This document shows, piece after piece, positions 37,501-49,413 of a DNA stretch of 64,000 bases. Source of the DNA: Camelus dromedarius (lineage: Eukaryota). The stretch is taken from positions 9,178,001 through 9,242,000 of the forward strand of contig NC_087438.1 in assembly GCF_036321535.1 (NCBI RefSeq), read 5' to 3'. The position numbers and the translations under genes are program-made. The first letter of the stretch is position 1. Each line of letters starts with the position of its first letter. Below the pieces are notes generated by a model, which saw nothing but the letters and a program-made list of their open reading frames with translations, did not search any database and was not told where the DNA came from.

Positions 37501-39019
37501 TCAATTTCATTTGCTTTGTTTTATTGTAATCCCAAATTGGCCTTCTCAAATGTCTTTTACTCAGTACATATTATTTTAACAATGTCACTCAAGAAATAAT
37601 CCAAATGGTGCCATATACTTACACAGCACTTAATATCCAATCAAAAATGAATTATATTTTCAAAATTTTATTTTTGAATATTTGCAAACTTCACAGTCTT
37701 ATTGGTAGATCATGTTTATTATTGGAGTGGCTTTGACCTATGAAAGGAGGCTTATTTTATATACAAATTAAATCTGGACACTTACTCATTTATATCACTT
37801 TATCTGAGATTTTGCAATGTTTGAAAATGCACAAGTATAATATGCATAATGTGCATTGTGGTCTTTATATCTGAGATGTTCAATTACAAATAATTGACTA
37901 TAACCTTAATATTCCCTCTTCATATGTATATGTATATATGTATATACGTATATATATGAAACACATGACTTCAGAAGCGCTGCTTTCCTCTGCCTGTCAT
38001 CTACAGACTACTTTAGTACTAGCTGGTATATGTGAATGGGCCCATGTCACGCTGTGGTCTTACAAAGACAGTAACCACCTTGCAGTAGAAGCAGGCTCAT
38101 CAGCTGTCAGCTGCTGGCAAGTCAGACAGGTGCAAGTATTCTCTCTGCATTAACATCTTGCAAAAATGAGCCTTGATAATTAAAAGGTTGGCCACTGTGA
38201 CATGCAATTCTGGAAGACTGTTGAACATTTTTTGAGACAGTGTAATTTATAAATAAGAGGCATTTGTTACTGCAGACAGCCTTGGGGTACACATTCATTT
38301 CCCCCTGACAAGTAGTATACGGATGCAAAGGCTTCATTCATTAGCATTGTTCACAAAATGTTACTTTATGCTTAAAAGTAAGATAAATGCATACAAGTCA
38401 TGAAGATAGAATGACTTAATCAATAACCTCCTAATATAGAAAGTGATTTTAGATAGAAGAAGTCTGCCAAAATGTGTAATTTGCTTTCTATATCCAAAGA
38501 TTTTAAATTGTTTAGATGACTTCAAAAGGAAGATGTGTTGATCAGTACTGAACTGGATTAAAGTGTATGTTTTTATAGTTTAATAAATAGATGTTCAAAC
38601 TTTGCAGAAATGAATTACTACTCTAACATGAGAAAGAATCTAAATATTGTAGTAAGTCCAAATTTCACTAGAGAGTTAAAATGTCGCTTTCCTCCAGCTC
38701 ATTCAGCATCACTTTATTTGAAAAAATTCTTCAATAACTTGTGTGTTTTAAGACCCATTGGCAACTTTACTTTTCAAATCAGTTTCCATACATTCAATAC
38801 TTATTTTAATCATTTAAAATTTAAATTAGAATAAAATTTTAAATTTAAATTTTAAAGTTTGAGAATAGTCATTCATAAATATAGAAATATACTATATTGT
38901 TATAATCATAGTTTTCCATATATGTTTATTTGATCAATAAGTCAAGTTTTTTTAATGAGTAAACTAAGAAAGGTTATTTTTTGAAGTACTGTAGCAATTG
39001 CATTGAATTAAACAAAATA

Positions 39020-39760
39020 ACATCACCAGCCCTCTCGTAACTTACATTCTAGAGTGAAAGACAGGGGACAAACTCAAAATTATGAAATGTACACTATGCA
39101 GATGACAGTAAGTGCTATGGTGAAATAGAAAAGGACAATAAAAAGGACTCTAGGTGGGCAGTGTGACTTCAAATTCAAATATGCCGGGCTGCATTGGTTG
39201 AATTAGGGAGATATATTTGAGCAAAGATTTGAAAAAAAATAAAGATATTTATGAGATATGGACATCTGGAGAAGAGTGCTCCAAGGAAAGGGACCCGCAG
39301 TAGCAAACAACCTGAAGTCACGGCATTGCTTAGCATGCCGAGAAAAGACATAAAAGGCTACAGTCGTTAGAACTGGATGAAAGGGGAGGGGTGGACGGAG
39401 AGAGAGTAGAACGAGGACGGACAAGGACTATTGCAAAAATAGAGATTTTACTTGGTAAAATCAGCTGGAAAACTGATTTTGAGCTTACAGACCTTACGTC
39501 TCTTCTCTTTGGATTATGCTGGCTGCCCTTGAGGCAGTGGACTGGGTGTGGGGGCGGGAGAGTTGAAACAGAAAGACAAAGTGATTTCAACCTGCTCAGT
39601 GAGGCATGAAGGCTATATTGACTCAGGTAGTAATGATTGCGTGGTTAGAAGGGGCTAAATTCTGAATAAAGTTTGAAAGTATCTTATTGCTAGGAAGTTT
39701 TGCCGACTATGAGGTGGAAGGGGAAAAAATTAGTCAAAAATGACTCTATCATTCCATTTA
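39020..39760 (-). mobile_element. L2a/b-like LINE fragment
   Basis: gccctctcgtaacttacattctagag...gtaagtgctatgg...atatttgagcaaagatttgaa...atctggagaagagtgctccaaggaaaggg...ggattatgctggctgc...gtcaaaaatgactc. Confidence 0.75.
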
Positions 39761-40184
39761 CAAATAATGAAAAGATGAACAGGATTGAGGAGTAAATTCA
39801 TGAATGCAATCTAGAAATAAAATACACAAGTGTGCAAATACAGATAGATACATACCCTGTCTGTACATCTATCTGTGCCTTGAATTCTCTACCTACTGCA
39901 CCTCTAATCCTCTCTCTGTTTGCTTCTATATGTACAGATCTTAGCACAATGTCTGGGCCTGGAAGACAACCTATAATTGTTGAATAAATGCTGAATGCCT
40001 ACATATCACGTGCAATTAGGTTAGTACTGCAATGAAAGTGTAGGAACATATAACCTAATTTTTGAACTATACATAGAATTTTCCTATAGTCTTTTAGAAA
40101 CTAAATTTTAACAGTCACTAAATACATTCATGGAAAATTTCAATGTCTTTATTGAGGGAATTATTGGGAGTATGTTATTGCTCT

Positions 40185-40385
40185 GTATTGAAGAGGGATG
40201 TCTGAGTCCCAGGTTATGCTTCTTACTAATTGTGTGAGCACATCAAATTACTTAATCTTTTTGAGATACTATTTCCTTATTTTGAAAATAAGAGTAGCAA
40301 TATTGCTAGGTTTTTTCTAAGGTTAGAGTGCTTATATGATATGCATCTGACACACAGCAGGCAACCAATAGATTACAGATGTTAC
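40185..40385 (+). mobile_element. MIR SINE
   Basis: tgagtcccaggttatgcttcttactaattgtgtga...aaattacttaatc...tttccttattttgaaaataagagta...tctgacacacagcaggca. Confidence 0.65.
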
Positions 40386-41301
40386 TAAAACATATATCAT
40401 TTTAAGTAGGATAGAATTGCATTTCTTCAAAAGTCATGGAATCTTTAGTCAGTAATACATGTGTTTATCTGGGGAAAACAATAAAAACCTGGTAAGGAAA
40501 TACATATTGGGTTAGTAAAAAGCTTGTTCTGAAGTAATTAAAAAGATTCCTAAAAACAATACAAAATGGTGTAAACAGATTCCAGCTCATGTCTCAAACT
40601 CCTATTATAAGACACTGAAACCTACTTCCAAATTTTTCCTGTTTGTAAGTACTATGAATTATCTATTAACCAAAATTATATTGAAACAGATGCCAGCTAC
40701 TTAGCAACTGAATAGAACAAAGTATGTCTAGTTTATCTGGAAATTTAAAGATGAAAATACTTTATGTTTAAACTATTCTATGTATCAGATCATTAAATCA
40801 TTCTAACAGCTCTTATTTGCTCTAGTTGGTCAGAAGTTGTTCAATTATTTATGGCAGCAAATGTTGCACAATGAAATTCCAATCCTGGCTCTGAAGCAAT
40901 TTTGGGATGTAAATTTTAACATTATTTATTAAGAGTATAACAATATACTCCTATCCTATACTATACTCTTATAATATAATAATATTTAATATGTAGTGTT
41001 TCATATGATTATGTATAATACTAACATTATTATTTTGAAATTATTCCCTGTAATAATGTTAACAAATTTTTAATTTGTTTAAGATTCATGGTGACTTATT
41101 TAGGCAGCCATCTAATGTAAGGACAGCAGCATTAAAAGGTCAATGTGTTTAGTGCACTAAATTATAAAGTCAACACAAAAATATCATCATATATATCACT
41201 ATGTGTTTTCTGGATATTTAATGTACTTGACCATGATGAATGATGTACCTTTATTGAATTCAGATACTTTAACCTATTTAAATAATAGTTAAAACCTCTA
41301 T

Positions 41302-41430
41302 TTTGGGGACAGATGGTTATTAAACTTACCATGGTAATCATTTCATAATGTATGCAAATGTCAGATCATTATGTAGTATACCTGAAACTGACAAAATGTT
41401 GTAAGTCAGTTGCATTTCAAGTTAAAATAA
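41302..41430 (+). mobile_element. L1 3' terminus (L1MA9/MC-like)
   Basis: gacagatggttattaaacttaccatggtaatcatttcataatgtatgcaaatgtcagatcattatgtagtatacctgaaact followed by an A-rich tail. Confidence 0.75.
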
Positions 41431-41848
41431 AACACTGTCACTAAAATAAAAGAGAGTCACGAAAATCAGCTTTTGTTCCAATTAAGTATTTTGACACTCT
41501 TGGAACATTGCTACTTACGAAAGTTTGGTTTAAGTTTCAGACTGTAGGTCAAAGGAAAAATCCCATCTCAATCCCAGAATCAAGAACTTTGCCAGCCATG
41601 ATCGATACCCCAAGCTCAAATTTGGGTCTTTGCTCTACTGCAGTTTGTTGACTTTAGTTTGATTTAAAAGCCTTTAAATCACACCTTTTTCACTTTAGAG
41701 TGTAAAATGAACCGCCCGTGGAGCTGACCAGCCTGTTAGTGGGTGCTCTTTCCAATCTATTGTTGGTACCTTCAAAAGATCATCGCCTCTCATCCTCTCA
41801 TGTAGATCATAACCATAATCATCAAGGGATTTAACCTTGCAAGGTGCT

Positions 41849-42393
41849 TGCGGCAGACAGCATTCTAAGATGAACTAAGTCTCTGTCCCTTTTTATACAC
41901 CCCCTATACAGAATCCCCACCCTTTGAGTGTGAGCATGACACATAAATATGATGCACTACGACTTCTGTGATTAAGTTGCTAAATAGTTGACTTGAATTG
42001 TATCTAAAGAGACATTATTTGGGGTGGGCCTTGTGTAATCAGGAGAGGTCTTTAAAAGAGAGTGAGGAGTAAGAAACTGACCTGCTGTCCTATAAGGAAG
42101 AAGAAACAAACAGCCACGCTTTGGACTGCCTAGGAAAAGGGCATCTTCTAAGAGGTAAAAGTCTCAGTCCTAATACCATACAACTGAATTCTGCCACAAC
42201 AGAATGTGCTTGGAAGAGGACCCTAAGCTCCAGATGGGAATCCCAGCCCAGCTACCGTCTTGACTAAAACCTAGTGTGATCTCGAGGAGAACACACAACT
42301 GGGCCCAGCCAAACCTGAAAGATAATGAAGGATAGCTGTTTTAAGCTCTCAAGTTTGTGGTAATTTGTTACATAGCAATTGAACATGAATACA
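41849..42393 (+). mobile_element. MLT1E-like MaLR solo LTR, near full length
   Basis: TG...CA termini (tgcggcagacagcattctaagatg ... gtttgtggtaatttgttacatagcaattgaacatgaataca); 5-bp TSD GTGCT/GTGTT at 41844-41848 and 42394-42398. Confidence 0.85.
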
Positions 42394-42830
42394 GTGTTTG
42401 GATAGACTTTAAAGAAGTATAAGATTAAAGTCATATCACTTTACTTTAAAAGGAAAGAAAACTTAGCCTGTGATTAATTCCTTTCTGAGAAACTCAGCAT
42501 GATCTCTATAACCTTGCTGGTTTTCAGGGAGTAATTATATTCAATAGTCTAAGAGACGTTCTAGAAATATTAGTGAGCAAGGTCACTGCTAGCCCAGGTG
42601 GCATCTTTGGTCCAAATGGGAAAAGGTGCTGTTGCCTCAAGTTATTCTACTTCAGTCTTTGGGGAAAATGTTAAAACAAATAACCAATTATCAATGTTTG
42701 GGATCTGAATAACTTCCTCTATGGTTATGAACTCTCCAAACTGCACCACTTTATGCAAGTTTAGTGAATGTTGGCATAAATAACAAGATAGACCACTTCT
42801 GCCTCCTACAACAATCGGTTATAAATAGTA

Positions 42831-42832
<2 letters not shown>

Positions 42833-42880
<48 letters not shown>
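42833..42880. repeat. Perfect (ATT)16 microsatellite
   Basis: Direct reading, 48 bp. Confidence 0.97.
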
Positions 42881-42882
<2 letters not shown>

Positions 42883-42948
42883 ATCTTTGAAATAGTTCAC
42901 TTAGAACTGAAGCCTACTTTGAACTATTTTTAAAATATATCTGCTGCC

Positions 42949-43322
42949 TGTAGTGGGTGCTGTTTGTGCCCCATCAGACTCAACCCCCAGCTGCCAGGAG
43001 TGCTGGCTGAAAAGAGCTCACAGTTGCCTCTTCTCTGGGGAATTGCCTACAAGACGAGACAGGAGGCTTCACGGAGGAGATCTACATCTTCCCTCCAGCA
43101 TCCCATAGCCGGGACTGACTGATGTGGGGAGCAAAGATTCTTTCGCTGGCCTTGAGATGGGACCAGTTCTGTATGAGCGAGATGCTCCAGCATTCCGTCC
43201 AGGGTCAGGGTGACGTTGGTCTCTAGCCAAGACCATATTCTGGCTTATTTGTTCCCTGATCTATCCTGTGTCTTACTTCCTTCATTCCTCAATAAACCAC
43301 TTGCACAAGGACCCCCATCTCA
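42949..43322 (+). mobile_element. LTR16-like ERVL solo LTR
   Basis: tgtagtgggtgctgtttgtgcccc start; cagctgccaggagtgctggctga...agctcacagttgcc; 3' cctcaataaaccacttgcacaaggacccccatctca. Confidence 0.75.
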
Positions 43323-46300
43323 TGTATTAATATATATTATGTTTTTTTACTACACAAGCCCCCTTAAGTATATAGAAATCCGATGTGGACTCAGTATGAA
43401 GCTAATAAATCCTAAAGACCAGGTCCTTTCTCACACTACTCATTTCAAAGCCCTGAAAGTGTCTTAGAAACATTCACACACCACACAATTTGTACAGTTT
43501 GCAAAGGAAAAATATTTGGTATTCTTTTCTTAAAAGAGGGTTTCCAAAACTAGATTCAGACCCCCAAAACCTGCTTCCCCTTTGGAAGAAATTCATGTTT
43601 TATTCTTCTAATTGTGAATATTATTCCAGACTATCTTTTAGAATTACATTAATACAAGCTATAATGTCACAGATTTAAAGAAAAAAGAAAAATCACAAGC
43701 TAAGGAGAAAGATAACTCTTACAGTCACTTTTTCCAGGACGACTGAAACCTGAATCACATAGTTCCAATTCATAAACATTTAAATAGCTTTTGCAGTAAG
43801 GAGAGAAGTATGAATTGTCTCATTCTGGTGTTTCTATATGCTTCAGCATAGAGGAGGGTATGTTGCCAACAAAAGTCCACGTTGTCAGGGATAACAAAGG
43901 TGCCTGGCTGTCGGCAAGCCATTTTTAAGGCCATCATGAAATTCCCATTGCCAGTATTTAATGACTATCTCAACAGGAAAGGTTAGAATCCAACGTTAAA
44001 TAAAGAACCATATGTTCTGCACTCACTTGAAACTGAACTAGCTGCCTTAAATGTTAATTTCAGAAATGAATGGCTTGCAAATGTGCCGAATACTAAATCT
44101 CCTACGTGGTTTTGTACAGTTTGTTTGTTAAAAAATGGACATTCTTTAAATCACATGTAAAATTTTGAAAATAAGAAAGATGAATAAGGAAACATATGTC
44201 AATGTACTCAGATTTTCTTTGTAAAAAACAGAAAAGTATATCACCAAAATACTTTAATGTGCACACATGCACACACACACACACAAATCCTTCAACCAGC
44301 TTATTATTTTAGGTATTATTCAGACTTAGTGGAGAAATTATATGTTTCCCTAATAACTGTGATGCATTTTACCTATTCTATTTTCTTGATTCCATTTTTG
44401 ATCAGGTGTTAAATAATAGGAGAAATTGTCCTCCTAAGATTTATCGTAAGAAATAATACAATACTAATTTATTTTAAAATGAACTAGCTTTAGAGGTAAT
44501 AGATATAAAGGAAATTTGTTTTACCATGCTCTAGCATTTTAAATAATAGTGTCTCCCATGTTAATAGATTTTATAAAGGAAAAAACAAGCTTTCATCTAA
44601 TGAGTTTTAGAACTGCTGGGATGTAAAAGTTAACGTATTTATGACATGATACTGTAATGACTCAATCTTGATTATATTACAGAAAAATGTACAGTATGTC
44701 AAGTTACCTCATCTTAGGACCATCTGTTAAGCCTAGCCCTGTGCAATATTTTTCTACTTTTATATGTTATTCATATGGAGTTATAGCAAGTCTTGGATTA
44801 CGATATCAGGGTGTTGAAAATGCTGACTTTCTGGGTATCACGTTATAAATACGATATTTCTATAGCACATCTCCCTTTTATCTCTAGCTTTTTATCCTAA
44901 AAACCTACCCTAAACTTTCAGAAATAACTGCTCATATCCTCACTACTTGCTTCTTTTTTTGCCAGGCACAATCCTCATTACTGGGTAAATTACAGACTTT
45001 GTGCAGCATTAGCGCTCATAGTTAACATCTTTGCCTTTGTTTTCATTCTTTGCTGTTGAATTCTCTTTATTCATATTGTTACTAAATTGCCCCTGTTAAT
45101 TTTGAAAGAATGCCATGAAATGATTGGCAGGCGGCCTTCGTCTATCAAGGTGGAAATGAACACACGTGAAGCGTCACATTACTCAGTATATACCATGAGC
45201 AAAGGCACACCAGGCACTGGGTAGTAGGGAACGTGGAGGGAAACATAGAATTCTGCACATATAGTAGAACAACACCAGGTTATAAACTTGTAGAAGTACC
45301 AAATCATTTTCTAGATAAAAAATGAAGGACATTCAATGACATGTTCAACAGATTAAAACTAATATTATGGAACGTCAGGTTTTAAGACCTAAAGTAATTC
45401 TGGCTGCTTCAGGTTGCATTTATTCAATATATTGCCATTCTTGCTAATTTATAAGAAGTGAATTGAATTATAATTAGTACTTGTATAAAATGATCATTTC
45501 AACATGGACACCATTAACAGCAAATGTGTTTGGGCCATGTACAGCGGATAGAGAGTTTTTACAGTACTACGTGTGAGTGTCCATGCACATGTGATTCCAT
45601 CATTGAGTATATCCTTGTCAGGACCTTTAAATGTGCATAAAACATAAATAACCACACAATCATACAATATGATACTGCTCCTCGGCCATTGTGCAAATCA
45701 GTATCTTCTTAGTACCATGTCGTTAGCATTTAATTATTCATCAAAGAAAATAATATTTTTATATTATAGTAGTAAAAGCCATGAGCTCATCATTTCAAAG
45801 GTAGAAAAGATATAAATATTAATCTTCTCTCTTTTTCGTATCATTATATGCCTAACTGCATCATAATAGATACCATACTGGGTTTACCTGGATTTGGTGA
45901 ACAAAAGACAAAACAGAATTATTGCAAGAAGTATGTAAATCAGGACTTCTGTGAGAGGAGGGGAATGACAATCAGGAAGGCTAGAGCCAGAGGACTGGAG
46001 AATGCTTGATTATTATTTCTGATCTGTCCCATCTAACAAATCCTTTATTACTACTAGCACTTCTTTTCATTTTTTCAAGGGTCTTTAGAAGCCTGACTCA
46101 TTTTGTACCCTGGAACATTGCCATAGCACTGTTTTAATTTTTTGGAATAGCTTCATCTCTATAATGCCAATAGGGATTTTAAATCAAATAACACCAGCCC
46201 CTTCCAGATTGCATCTCTTTAGGAGATATGAAGGAAAGTTGATGTAAGGGAAGAACTGAGTTTGGATGTCATTGCTGTTGTGAATGTGTGTGGCTTATTC

Positions 46301-46859
46301 TACAAAGAAAAGAGCTAAATCATATTCTCCAAAAAAGTTTACAAGCATCAAATTGAAATATGTTTTTAAAACATGTACGTGTCAAATTTCTGTGTGTATT
46401 TTTCACTTGACTCTATACTTTGGACAAAGAATAGAGTATCATTTATTGTTCACAATTTTACTGATGATACAAATAAAGGTCAAAAGAAAGTTAAGGTCTT
46501 CTGGTTTCAACTGTGGCTTTAGGTAAAGAGTGTAGATATCATCATCCCTGTTCTTATAACAAGAGAGGCTGGACCAGTTAAAAACCAAAGACTTTTCTGG
46601 GACCAACCAAAGACCTGAGGTTATAGGGCAAATGACCCACAGAAATCTGGAGAGAAGAGCACTGAGAGAATCACAGCAGAGAACAGCTAGTTTGAAACAG
46701 AAACAGGTGGAACCATAAACTGGCAGGAACAATTAAAGCACAATCTAGATGAATTTCTGGAGGTGGAGTGTGGAATAGAAGGAGACTGACAAATGCCTGG
46801 GGGCTTCCATCTTTAAAATTCTCAACACTTTCATCAGTTTTCCCTCTAGGAACCCCAAA

Positions 46860-47142
46860 CAAAAAGCCTGACTCTCCCCTGAATAAAATTTCCTGCCTTC
46901 GGACTCAAATTGAAACCTTGGCTCTTCTTGGGTCTGGAGCCTGATAGCTTTTGGACTGGAGCTGCTGCATCCAACCTTCTGATTCTCTGGCCTTCAGACG
47001 CCCCCTGGAACTACACCATGAACCCTCCTGGGTCTCCAGCTAGCTGAGTGCAAGCCTTAGTACTATTCATTCTCCGTAATCGTGTGAGCCAATTTCTCAT
47101 AATAGATCTCTTTCTATTGTAAGTGATATTTGTTCTGTTTCA
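46860..47142 (+). mobile_element. MLT2 (ERVL) LTR 3' part
   Basis: ttggctcttcttgggtctggagcctg...ggaactacaccatgaaccctcctgggtctccagct...taatcgtgtgagccaatttctcataata...ttgttctgtttc. Confidence 0.8.
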
Positions 47143-47924
47143 CTACTGTTCTATCTTATAGTAATAGTTCAAGGTATATTTTTAATTTCAATTCATAATC
47201 TCTCAAACCAGTATATCATCTGTGGATTTTAAAATCCATTTAACAGTATCTGTGGTGTTCCTCATAAATTTATTTTTAATGCACCATCAAAGAATTATTC
47301 TAAGAAGTATTCATACATTTCAAAGCTGATAATTTATCTGAAGGCTCCACTCCATAGTAATGAGTTATTTATTGATCTTTGTATTGAACACTCATTATAT
47401 TTAATTAATCATAGCCACCTATTAACAAACTGTATTTTTCTCTTTTGATGGTTATATTATGGATTATAGACAAAAAAGCTTTTAATGATCTTTAGACATT
47501 CTATCATTAAATAATTCTATTATTCCCTAGTTTGGAAATATATTTGAAAACTTTAACTTTATTATTCAGAAGTAACCAATGTCAAGTTTATGGTATTTTA
47601 TTAATATTCTTTTATAGAATAAATATTACCTGCTATTTGTCATCATCTTTTTCTGATTCTAAATAATTCCTCAATAACAGCAAAACCACCATCACAACCC
47701 ACTGATGATGATATTTCAGCTCAGCATACACACATAAATGCTTTTATTTATATATTTATGCACAGTGTGTCTATATATTAACATTCACATATACGTGTGT
47801 AAGAATTGTGTGCATATGTAAGTATGTACACGTATGCATGTGTGCATACATATCGTTTTCTGAAATATGTAAACATATGAATATATTAGAGTTTTTTATA
47901 TTTATAAATATATCATATTTTTAT

Positions 47925-48128
47925 ACTGGATCACCTGGTCTACCCTCTAAGAGGCAGTTGACAATAACCGGAGATATTTTTTATTGTCAAGACTGAGAGG
48001 ATACATCTAGCATCTGGTGGGGAGAGACCAGAAATGTTGCTGAATATCCAGTAAGGCACAGAAAGTCCTCCCACCACAAAGAATCATGAAAACTCAAGTG
48101 TCAGTGATGGCCAGGTGGAGGAACCCTG
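47925..48128 (+). mobile_element. MER20 hAT-Charlie MITE
   Basis: ggagatattttttattgtcaagactg...tagcatctggtggggagagaccagaaatgttgctgaatatcc...ccaccacaaagaatcat...caagtgtcagtgatggccaggtggaggaaccctg. Confidence 0.85.
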
Positions 48129-48474
48129 CTCCAGGATGCCCGTGTGCATCCCCCGAATCCTGGTGAAGCCATGTTGTGAATAGAGTCCCTTATACATGAA
48201 AAGACAACGAAAGGCAGAGAATAGTCAAAAAGTGCTGTTCACATTTTTATTGGAAATCACTGGTTTCCTCAAGTTAAGCCCCGCTTCTTGAATCTACTTT
48301 CTTTTTTACATGTATATATATTTTATGAGACTGTCATCCTTTGTTTTCCTTATGATTCTTTTTAGGAGTGAAATCCAATTTCTTACATGCCCTCAGGCAT
48401 GCATATATCACTCTGTGCTGCACTAGCCCAGTTCTTCTGTAAAAATTCTAGAATTTCAAATTACTGCCTGGAAT

Positions 48475-49120
48475 TATGGTGGCATGTTGAATTGCCTGTT
48501 GTCTTTCCCTGTGCCCTCTCTGCATTGGAATTAAATATGCACTGTTTTTCCATGTGGCTTTACAGTTCTTCCCACTTAGAGATGGATTGTGTAGTTCTGT
48601 TCCATTGATAAGGGCATTGTCAATGTGGCCTATTTGGTCAACAGACTGTGGGAAGCAGTGACACTGTGACCGTACCCAGACAAGCCCTCAAGAGGGCTTG
48701 TTGTGCTCGCGTCATTCTCTGCTAGAACACAATGCTATAATTAATTGGTGGCCCAAGGGGGTGAGACTACATGGAGCAGACCTGAACTTAGGGCCCAGAA
48801 TCAGGAGCTCAGAGCCTGAATTCTAGCTTAGCCAAGCCAAGGAATCCACAGCCCATGACTGAAGATTAAATGCATATTGTTTTTACAGCATTGAAATGGT
48901 TTGTTCTACATTAGGCATGGTTGAAAAATAGAAAACTATTAGAAGTAGAGAGTTTATCTCTTAGGAAAACAAAATATGCAGTATTAGCTTTGGAAACATG
49001 TGATATGTTTTTAAGAAAACTCATAGAGGAGAGTGTAAAATAGTAGCTTGTGTTAATCAGCAGCAAACCAGTCAGGAAACTTCAGGAAACTTCGAAGACA
49101 AAAATACTGTACTTAGTAAT
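48475..49120 (+). mobile_element. MLT1H/I-like MaLR LTR plus start of internal sequence
   Basis: ctttacagttcttcccact...ctatttggtcaacagactgtgggaagcagtgaca...catggagcagacctgaac...taaatgcatattgtt; then internal-like agaagtagag...aaaatatgcagtattagctttgg. Confidence 0.65.
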
Positions 49121-49413
49121 TATTCCAACAAGCAAACCACATCTTGCTGTTGGAACCCGGGACATCTTATCTTCTTGTTACTACAAAGCCTGCTTCCCAC
49201 AACCCTCCTGTTTACTGTAAACTTGATTGAAACACCACGTGGACCTGCGTGGTGAGCAGTGTCCAGCCACCCTGGGCTGTGCGTATATGTGATAATTAAC
49301 TGCTGCCGCTCTCATCTGCCCGGTGCTGAGTGGCAAGCGTCAGGGCATCTCATACTACTTAGGCTGAAGTATCCCTCCCTCATCAATGGGATGAACAGGA
49401 GGCAATCAGAGCA
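49121..49413 (+). mobile_element. ERVL LTR 3' part (MER54/73/74-group-like)
   Basis: ctgggctgtgcgtatatgtgataattaactgctgccgctctcatctgcccggtg...atccctccctcatcaatgggatgaacaggaggcaatcagagca. Confidence 0.55.

Noticed and set aside
41660..41681. Hairpin TGATTTAAA-agcc-TTTAAATCA followed by a T run (terminator-like)
   Set aside because: 9-bp AT-rich stems are expected by chance in 64 kb, and Rho-independent terminators are irrelevant in mammalian nuclear DNA.
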